Assembly (NCBI GenBank): GCA_001179505.1
Contig: CDMY01001008.1
Coordinates: 1-6,342, forward strand
Reading direction: 5' to 3'
Length of the DNA stretch: 6,342 nt
DNA from: Vitrella brassicaformis CCMP3155
Lineage: Eukaryota > Protista > Chromerida
Part shown: in pieces, positions 1-6,024 of the stretch
Layout of the letters: every line of letters begins with the position of its first letter
Numbering within the stretch: the stretch's first letter is position 1
Notes under the pieces: model-generated
What the model saw: only the letters and a program-made list of their open reading frames with translations
The model's database searches: none
Told to the model about the DNA's origin: nothing
Translations under genes and position numbers: made by a program

Positions 1-203
1 ACGATGCCAACGTGTTCATCGCCCACATGGCTCATGCGCTGTTGGAGAAGGAGGGGTGGAAGGGTCGGGGGTTCAGTCATGTGTCTAGATGGATTCGCTC
101 TCGCTTGTCTATCGCCCTCGCGCGTGTGACTAGCTTCTGTCTGCGTGGGGGCACACAGACGAGTGTTACGGTTAATGACAGTTTCTCCCCCCCCAAATTA
201 TAA
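1..203 (+). mobile_element. 3' end of the ORF of a CRE-clade (RLE-type) non-LTR retrotransposon, 5'-truncated by the window edge
   Basis: Frame 3 is open from base 3 to TAA at 201-203: DANVFIAHMAHALLEKEGWKGRGFSHVSRWIRSRLSIALARVTSFCLRGGT. From recall, this matches the C-terminal signature of CRE-like endonuclease domains (approximately EA..FLK.LA..L..KW...YS.V.GW[VI]R.R[LM]S[FI]A..RAT..CLRG). The RT and PD-(D/E)xK motifs would lie upstream of the window. No database search was run. Confidence 0.7.
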
Positions 204-1443
204 GTGTATGTACTGAAAGTTGATCTGAAACAATCATGCGCAAACACGTAGTGTCACGCACATTAGCTATGTCTGGCAACTTAGAGGGACCCCACATGAA
301 GCCAATGAAGCCAATATTCAGCTTCCTCCACCTTTTGAGGTGAAAGGACGGTGATTTACTAGAGGAGAAGAACAACATGATGTAAGTCAGCAGCCGATCG
401 ATGATCGGCTCGGTCATGTTTTTCGTCTTGTGATGTCGTTTCCATCAGGGCCGGACGCCACTCGATGTCCGGCCACTCGATCTTGCGAAAACTGACGAAA
501 CGCGTACACTGCTGAAAGGCTACAGATAGCCAGTCTGTCTGAAACCTGTCTATCGATCGGATTTGCAGCCGAATCTGTATTGCCTGAAAGAATTGCTCTG
601 CTTTATGGCGCAGAAGGGAATGAATAAGTGATGAACAGAGAGCCAGGTAAATTCACCTGTGACAGTGCCTTTCCTTTGAAAGCATCAATTGGCAGCAGGC
701 GAGAATCACTCGGATGACTGGACGAATGCAGCAATGAAAGCAATTATAAGTGTATGTACTGAAAGTTGATCTGAAACAATCATGCGCAAACACGTAGTGT
801 CACGCACATTAGCTATGTCTGGCAACTTAGAGGGACCCCACATGAAGCCAATGAAGCCAATATTCAGCTTCCTCCACCTTTTGAGGTGAAAGGACGGTGA
901 TTTACTAGAGGAGAAGAACAACATGATGTAAGTCAGCAGCCGATCGATGATCGGCTCGGTCATGTTTTTCGTCTTGTGATGTCGTTTCCATCAGGGCCGG
1001 ACGCCACTCGATGTCCGGCCACTCGATCTTGCGAAAACTGACGAAACGCGTACACTGCTGAAAGGCTACAGATAGCCAGTCTGTCTGAAACCTGTCTATC
1101 GATCGGATTTGCAGCCGAATCTGTATTGCCTGAAAGAATTGCTCTGCTTTATGGCGCAGAAGGGAATGAATAAGTGATGAACAGAGAGCCAGGTAAATTC
1201 ACCTGTGACAGTGCCTTTCCTTTGAAAGCATCAATTGGCAGCAGGCGAGAATCACTCGGATGACTGGACGAATGCAGCAATGAAAGCAATTATAAGTGTA
1301 TGTACTGAAAGTTGATCTGAAACAATCATGCGCAAACACGTAGTGTCACGCACATTAGCTATGTCTGGCAACTTAGAGAGACCCCACATGAAGCCAATGA
1401 AGCCAATATTCAGCTTCCTCCACTTTTTGAGGTTAAAGGACGG
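196..1443. repeat. Head-to-tail tandem array of a 546-bp unit, about 2.3 copies (196-741, 742-1287, partial 1288-1443)
   Basis: AATTATAAGTG recurs at 196, 742 and 1288. Copies 1 and 2 are identical by direct comparison. The 156-bp third copy differs at 1379 (G>A), 1424 (C>T) and 1434 (G>T), and similarity ends after 1443. Confidence 0.98.
324..745 (+). ncRNA. Putative structured RNA of unknown class within the 546-bp unit (repeated at +546)
   Basis: Hand-found stems: 329-333/338-342, 374-380/414-420 enclosing 392-399/403-410, 431-435/443-447, 449-456/467-474, 518-522/527-531, 558-565/570-577 (with G-U pairs), 597-601/610-614, 644-648/655-659, 669-673/678-682, 700-703/709-712 and 591-597/739-745. 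There are also 8 plus-strand TGAAA motifs. No family was recognised, and the strand assignment is inferred. Confidence 0.3.
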
Positions 1444-1461
1444 GCGGGGGTGGGGGGGGGG
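1442..1461 (+). other. G-rich tract with G-quadruplex potential at the right boundary of the array
   Basis: GGGCGGGGGTGGGGGGGGGG (G3, G5, G10) can supply four G3 runs. Confidence 0.55.
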
Positions 1462-1921
1462 ATGTATAACATCGGCGGAACAGGTGTGATTGGTGGTCTT
1501 GCTTTCTTCCGTCGGGAGCTGCAAAAAGAGCTGGCTCGTCCTACGACGCTGTCACGCAAGCGAAGGTCGAACGTCGATGGTTGAATGGGGTATGTGTTAT
1601 GATGTCTCTGTGCGCCTACCTACGTATGCACGCCGCTAGTCAGAGAGACATTTAGTACATACATCCATTGACATACACCTCCCCCTTTTCCTCATTCATA
1701 AAAAAAAGCACAGGCAAGGCCAGAAGCCATCCCAATCGCTCGCAATAGCTGTGCTTTCTTCACTTCCCTCAACTTGACCTCTAAGACCTCAAAGTACATA
1801 CTAGAAACCACCACCATGATATCATACTGACTGAAAGGCTCCCTGTCGTGAAGACATATAAAAACGCCCATCCACCTTTCTCCCTATGACCTTGCTCCCT
1901 TCTTTTCTTTCTCCTTTTCAG

Positions 1922-1970
1922 CCCCTCAAACTCGACAGTAATGCCCTCTTTCCAAATAAAAGAAGAAAAT
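1922..1970 (+). other. Candidate 49-nt exon defined by splice signals
   Basis: A long pyrimidine tract CCTTGCTCCCTTCTTTTCTTTCTCCTTTTCAG ends at 1921, and a donor-like GTACGT starts at 1971. The product is unknown. Confidence 0.35.
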
Positions 1971-2498
1971 GTACGTATCCAGTTAACTACTTACTATGAG
2001 ACAAAGGCACGGAAAGAAAGACGGGCCGGTCCACTATGGTACCGAGGAAGCAGAAGAGAGGAACAAGCAAACAGCCGCGTAACGACATTCCAGTCAGTGT
2101 GCGACGCATCGCGAGGAAAGCCCTGGCAGGCACTCGTAAATATGCATCTCTCGCCAGCCAGTGTATGTATCAGTCGACGCTTCACATAGCTCACACACAA
2201 ATGTGGCCCTCCCTTAACATCCCTCATCTCCTGCACCACTGCCTCTACCCTCTCGAATAAGGCCAGCTCATGTCCACGCCACGCAAAGCACGCGTAAAGC
2301 GAGCATAAAAGATAGGGATCGTACACGCCACCTGTTGTACTCCCCTCTTCCTATTCACACAAAGCACACGGTGTGTACCCCCTTTGCGTCCATCCAGCGA
2401 GAGCAGGGAAAGCAAAATATGTCTTGCCCTCTCCCCGTCCAAAGCATGCTGCGTAGACAATAAGTAAAGAAGTAGAAAAATGATCATAAATGTGCTTG

Positions 2499-3188
2499 TC
2501 ATAATATTGTATGACCGATTGGCTCTGTATCCTGCCGTCTCTTCAGCTGCCTCACCTCGTGCACCACTGATCGCTTATTGTCACACATGCGGCGCGCCAG
2601 TCCAAGCAGACTGTCGTCAATCCGATCGGCGAGTCTGTGCATGATGGGACCAAGCTTCCTTTCGAATCGCTCCAAATGCTTCTCAGTAACAGGGTCCTGA
2701 CGCCAGTAGTCTATGACTGAGATCAATAATACACTAGGAGTTGGGCTACTTGCATATGGCTGAGCGCAATTCAACGTTATACTATTCACAGCTTCAGTGT
2801 CACACCATACTAGCTTCACCACTGGGTCCAAAGAGTATTCGGAGACGTAGACACCTCCAGTGTTGAACTCTGCTATGGAGGAATCCAATTCTTCCTTCTT
2901 GGGGAGAAACCAAGAGATTGATTCGAAGCGACCAGTGGAGAAATCCTGGGCCACTTTATTGGTGGGAGAGTGGAAGACAGGTGAAATCCAGAGCCGATAG
3001 CCATTAGTTGTGCGCCGAAGTGTTGAGCCAAACCCGGATATGGTCTGTTGCCGCCTACTTGTAGATGAGCCTGAGCCCCTGACAGCCCAACAGGCAACAC
3101 AGGGTGAGGTACTGGGAGTAAAGAAGTATGCACTCAGGCGTCCACAACTGCAATGGACACCCACACACACATAGACAATAAGATACAC
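2499..3188 (-). CDS. Hypothetical protein or long exon (229-aa open frame); the true 5' boundary is probably a splice acceptor near 3112 or 3079
   Basis: This is the longest open frame outside the satellite, and its composition is protein-like from about GYRLWISPVF onward. The first ~26 codons read through a TG-rich, intron-like stretch that ends in TTCTTTACTCCCAG (AG ends at 3112). No motif was recognised. Confidence 0.4.
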   Translation of the reverse strand: MYLIVYVCVGVHCSCGRLSAYFFTPSTSPCVACWAVRGSGSSTSRRQQTISGFGSTLRRTTNGYRLWISPVFHSPTNKVAQDFSTGRFESISWFLPKKEELDSSIAEFNTGGVYVSEYSLDPVVKLVWCDTEAVNSITLNCAQPYASSPTPSVLLISVIDYWRQDPVTEKHLERFERKLGPIMHRLADRIDDSLLGLARRMCDNKRSVVHEVRQLKRRQDTEPIGHTIL

Positions 3189-3567
3189 AACCAGCTCAAT
3201 CCGAAGTACTTGACCCGTGCGTGTACGAATGTGAGAAGGAAATACTGTCGCATGGTCTTGAACATCTGCATGGACACATGCCGGGGCCTTGCAAGCATCT
3301 ATCTCTTACATGCTCTCCCTCTCAAGGGTGTGCTGCACTTCTATCACTAAAAGGAGACACGAAGACACGAAAGCGGTCAGACTCTCTGTTTGTGCGTTCC
3401 GCACGACTCAGAGCTCTGAGGTAGGTAGCTAGCGTGCTTGCTGCGTTTGCACGAGAAGAGACCTTAATGCATGACAAACAGGCGACTGTAATGATAGTCG
3501 GAGACACAACACCGACATTGCAAGTGTTGCTAAACATCGATTGGGGATGAGTTTGCATACTCGCCAG

Positions 3568-3738
3568 TCACAGTAGGAAGCGTAGCAAGGTGTCTGGACC
3601 AGCTTCGGCAGCCAGTTTCTCTTCTCGTTTACCCTCATTGAGCTTCTTGCGGGTGATGTCTGGCTCCTCCACATCGGGCTTCTTGATGACGCGGTTCAGG
3701 TCCTTGTGAAAGCCATCCAAGAACGTCACCAACAACTC
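3568..3738 (-). pseudogene. Degenerate fragment or exon of a ubiquitin-specific protease (peptidase C19, USP4/11/15 or UBP5-12-like)
   Basis: ELLVTFLDGFHKDLNRVIKKPDVEEPD...GKREEKLAAEAGPDTLLR aligns by eye with the conserved [24 protein letters not shown]...GRPDEEVAAEAWENHL.RN segment that follows the QQD motif. Codon usage is GC3-rich. Normally conserved residues are altered (H-E>H-K, PY>PD, W>G, RN>RF), and TGA follows at 3568-3570. Confidence 0.75.
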
Positions 3739-3740
3739 CC

Positions 3741-5277
3741 ACACTCCCTTCAACTCGACGCATCCGTACATGTGCAGGTGTGCGCACAGATGCATTCATC
3801 ACATACACGCCCTCTGACTCCACGCGTACGCGTGCATGCGCAGATGTGCGGATAGAGACGCCCCCTTTAAGTCCACGCGTGCATGCGCTTGTGTGGGCAC
3901 AGAGACAGACATTCATCCCATGTTCCGTTTGGACGTCCTTGCGTGCACGCGCACGCCTTGCCAACAGAGACACTCCCTCCAACTCGAGGCACCCGTGCAT
4001 GTGCAGGTGTGTGCACAGAGGCACTCAGCCCATACAAAATCTGCAAGTCCAAGCCTTCATACGCAAACATGCGCGCAGAGGCCTTAATTATATACACCCC
4101 CTGCAAGTCGACGCGTGCATGCGCAGGTATACACACAGAGACACACTCCCTCTAACTCCAGGCACCCGTGCATGTGCAGGTGTGCGCACAGAGACATTCC
4201 TCTCATATACCGTCTGCAAGTCCACGCCTTCATACGTAAACATGCGCGCAGAGGTATTCATCATATACGCCCCCTGCAAGTCCATGCGTACATGTGCAGG
4301 TGTGCGGACAGAGATAGCCCCTGCAAGTCCACGCGAGGATGCGCTTGTGTGCGCACAGAGACATTGGTCAAATACACACACTCCAAGTCCACGCGTGCAT
4401 GCGCAGGTGTGCGCACACAGACATTCATCGTAGACACACACTCCAAGTCCAAACGTGCATGTGCAGGTGTGCACAGACATTCATCAAATGCACACACTCC
4501 AAGTCCAAACGTGCATGCGCAGGTGTGCGCACAGAGACATTCACTATATACACACGCTCCAAGTCCAAACGTGCATGCTGTGTAGGTGTGCGCACAAAGA
4601 TATTCATCATACATACACACTCCATGTGCAAACGTGTATGAGCAGGTGGGCGCACAGAGATATTCATTACATATGCACACACTCCAAGTCCAAACGTGCA
4701 TGCGCAGGTGTGCGCACAGAGACATTCATTATATATACATTCTCCAAGTCCAAACGTGCATGCGCGGGTATGCGCATACAAATATTCATCATATACACAC
4801 ACTCCATGTCCAAACGTGCATGCTGAGCATACCTCCAAGTCCATGCGAAGGTGTCCGCTTAGAGATAGTCATCATATACACATACTCCAAGTCCACGCGT
4901 GCATGCGCAGGTGTGCGCACAGAGACATTCATTATATATACATTCTTCGGGTCCAAACGTGCATGCGCGGGTATGCACATACAGATATTCATCATATACA
5001 CTCACTCCATGCCCATACGCAGGTATGCGCACAGAGACATCCATCATATACACACACTCCAAGTCCAAACGTGCATGCGCAGGTGTGCGCATAAAGACAT
5101 TCATCATATACACACCTTCCATGCGCAGGTGTGCGTACAGAGATATTCATCATATACACACACTCCAAGTGCAAACGTGCATGCTGCATAGGTGTTTGTA
5201 CAAAGACATTCATCATATATACACCTTCCATGCGCAGGTGTGCGCACAGAGATATTCATCACATACACACACTCCAT
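3741..5277. repeat. Minisatellite of ~60-bp units (roughly 25 units); consensus approximately CTCCAAGTCCAAACGTGCATGCGCAGGTGTGCGCACAGAGACATTCATCATATACACACA
   Basis: Unit starts are visible at 4381, 4441, 4497, 4557, 4620, 4682, 4742, 4802, 4885, 4945, 5005, 5057 and 5163, with indel variants of 31-63 bp. More diverged units occupy 3741-4380. Confidence 0.95.
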
Positions 5278-5443
5278 ACGCACGCGCACAAGAGGCCAGT
5301 CTGCCACGCACACATACACAAACACTGACAGACAAGACACACATGTCTCACATATGCACGTCCGCCTGTCTTCAGTCGCTTCTGTCATTCCTGCTGGTCG
5401 CCCCCTCGCCCCCATAAGTACACCCCAACCCCCGGGTCCTTAC

Positions 5444-5503
5444 CCATGTGCCTGCACCTGCCCAGCCTTTTGCACTCGAGCATTCTCAGCATAGGCAGGG
5501 AGC
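5444..5503 (-). other. Candidate 60-nt exon between the 5504-5569 intron and a GTAAGG donor at 5443
   Basis: The exon is flanked by an acceptor (AG ending at 5504) and a donor (GTAAGG starting at 5443). Two of the three frames are open (LPAYAENARVQKAGQVQAH and SLPMLRMLECKRLGRCRHM). Confidence 0.35.
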
Positions 5504-5569
5504 CTATGAAGAGAAGACAGAGTCAGTCCCCTGTCCCACGCTCCCATGGCCTTCGCTTCTGCTACTCAC
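5504..5569 (-). other. Candidate 66-nt spliceosomal intron
   Basis: The minus strand reads GTGAGT (consensus donor, G at 5569) ... CTGAC (branch-point-like) TCTGTCTTCTCTTCATAG (pyrimidine tract and AG ending at 5504). Confidence 0.5.
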
Positions 5570-5749
5570 CGACAAGCTGGTTGGTCGCTCTCGCAATTGA
5601 TACACCAGCTGCGAATCACCCTGCCTCATTACGGTGATATCAGAGCATCTTTGAAATACATTTACAAGAGAACCCTTTTTCGCCTCGAGAGCGAGAGCGA
5701 TAGGACCTCTCAACGCAAAGCCCAGCCCAGGCACAGGCCCTCCCTGTCA

Positions 5750-6024
5750 CTCTCTCAGGATGGCTAGCGACTCCCTGATGATCAAGAGCTTCGCACTGAG
5801 CTGAGCTGCTGGGCACTGGTATCACCAGCGAGTAGACAGGCTAGCCATCTGCGCGCCGTTCGATGAAGATTCCTGGACATGAGGAGAGGATGTCTACCAA
5901 GGGAGTGTCCTTGGTCTTGCAGACATGGCAAGGGGCACTCGTCCCCGTAAGGCGCTGGCCATTTGTAGCCCCACTATAGAGCCTCCTCCTTGCTCTCTCA
6001 GGATGGCCAGCGACTCCCTGATGA
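5750..6024. repeat. 32-bp direct repeat (5750-5781 and 5993-6024), period 243 bp
   Basis: CTCTCTCAGGATGGC(T/C)AGCGACTCCCTGATGA, 31/32 identical, with the mismatch at 5765 versus 6008. Confidence 0.9.
5877..5930 (-). pseudogene. Possible decayed CCHC zinc knuckle of a non-LTR retrotransposon
   Basis: CHVCKTKDTPLVDILSSC(P) has the spacing C-X2-C-X8-D-X4-C and resembles the C..C....ET..HILS.CP knuckle. The Asp codon GAC is one substitution from His CAC. The frame is bounded by stops, and no downstream RHN or PD..D motif is visible. Confidence 0.3.

Noticed and set aside
492-535. Hammerhead ribozyme (CTGACGA ... GAAA ... GTC)
   Set aside because: The core words are present, but no stem II forms between 499 and 513, and the base opposite A15.1 after the 518-531 stem is A rather than U. 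The minus-strand CTGATGG...GAAA (448-420) also lacks stem II.
511-553. Resemblance to LSU rRNA (GAAAGGC..AGATAGC..GAAA.CT)
   Set aside because: The match is short and gapped (roughly 60% by eye), and it does not extend to either side.
196-741. Zetavirus-like circular RNA with an endless ORF (length is a multiple of 3)
   Set aside because: No frame is stop-free around the unit (the longest ORF is 85 aa), and paired ribozymes were not found.
196-1443. Tandem TRIM/LTR element (LTR-internal-LTR-internal-LTR)
   Set aside because: The A-B-A-B-A' layout fits, but the 156-bp segment has no TG...CA ends on either strand. I see no primer-binding site, polypurine tract or target-site duplication.
1816-1840. 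Palindrome ATGATATCAT and CTGAAAGGCT matching the repeat unit (512-521)
   Set aside because: These 10-bp matches do not extend and are within chance expectation for a 6-kb window.
1994-2502. Minus-strand ORFs of 110 and 85 aa
   Set aside because: They have non-ATG or weak starts and no motifs, and they overlap low-complexity, intron-like sequence. They are consistent with chance ORFs.
196-5277. CRISPR array
   Set aside because: Neither repeat has constant 23-50-bp repeats separated by unique spacers, there are no cas genes, and the context is eukaryotic.
3780-5417. Many overlapping Cys/His-rich ORFs on both strands (up to 217 aa)
   Set aside because: They are translations of the ~60-bp satellite, whose consensus lacks stop codons in most frames. 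Frequent indels (units of 31-63 bp) shift frames freely, so there is no sign of coding constraint.
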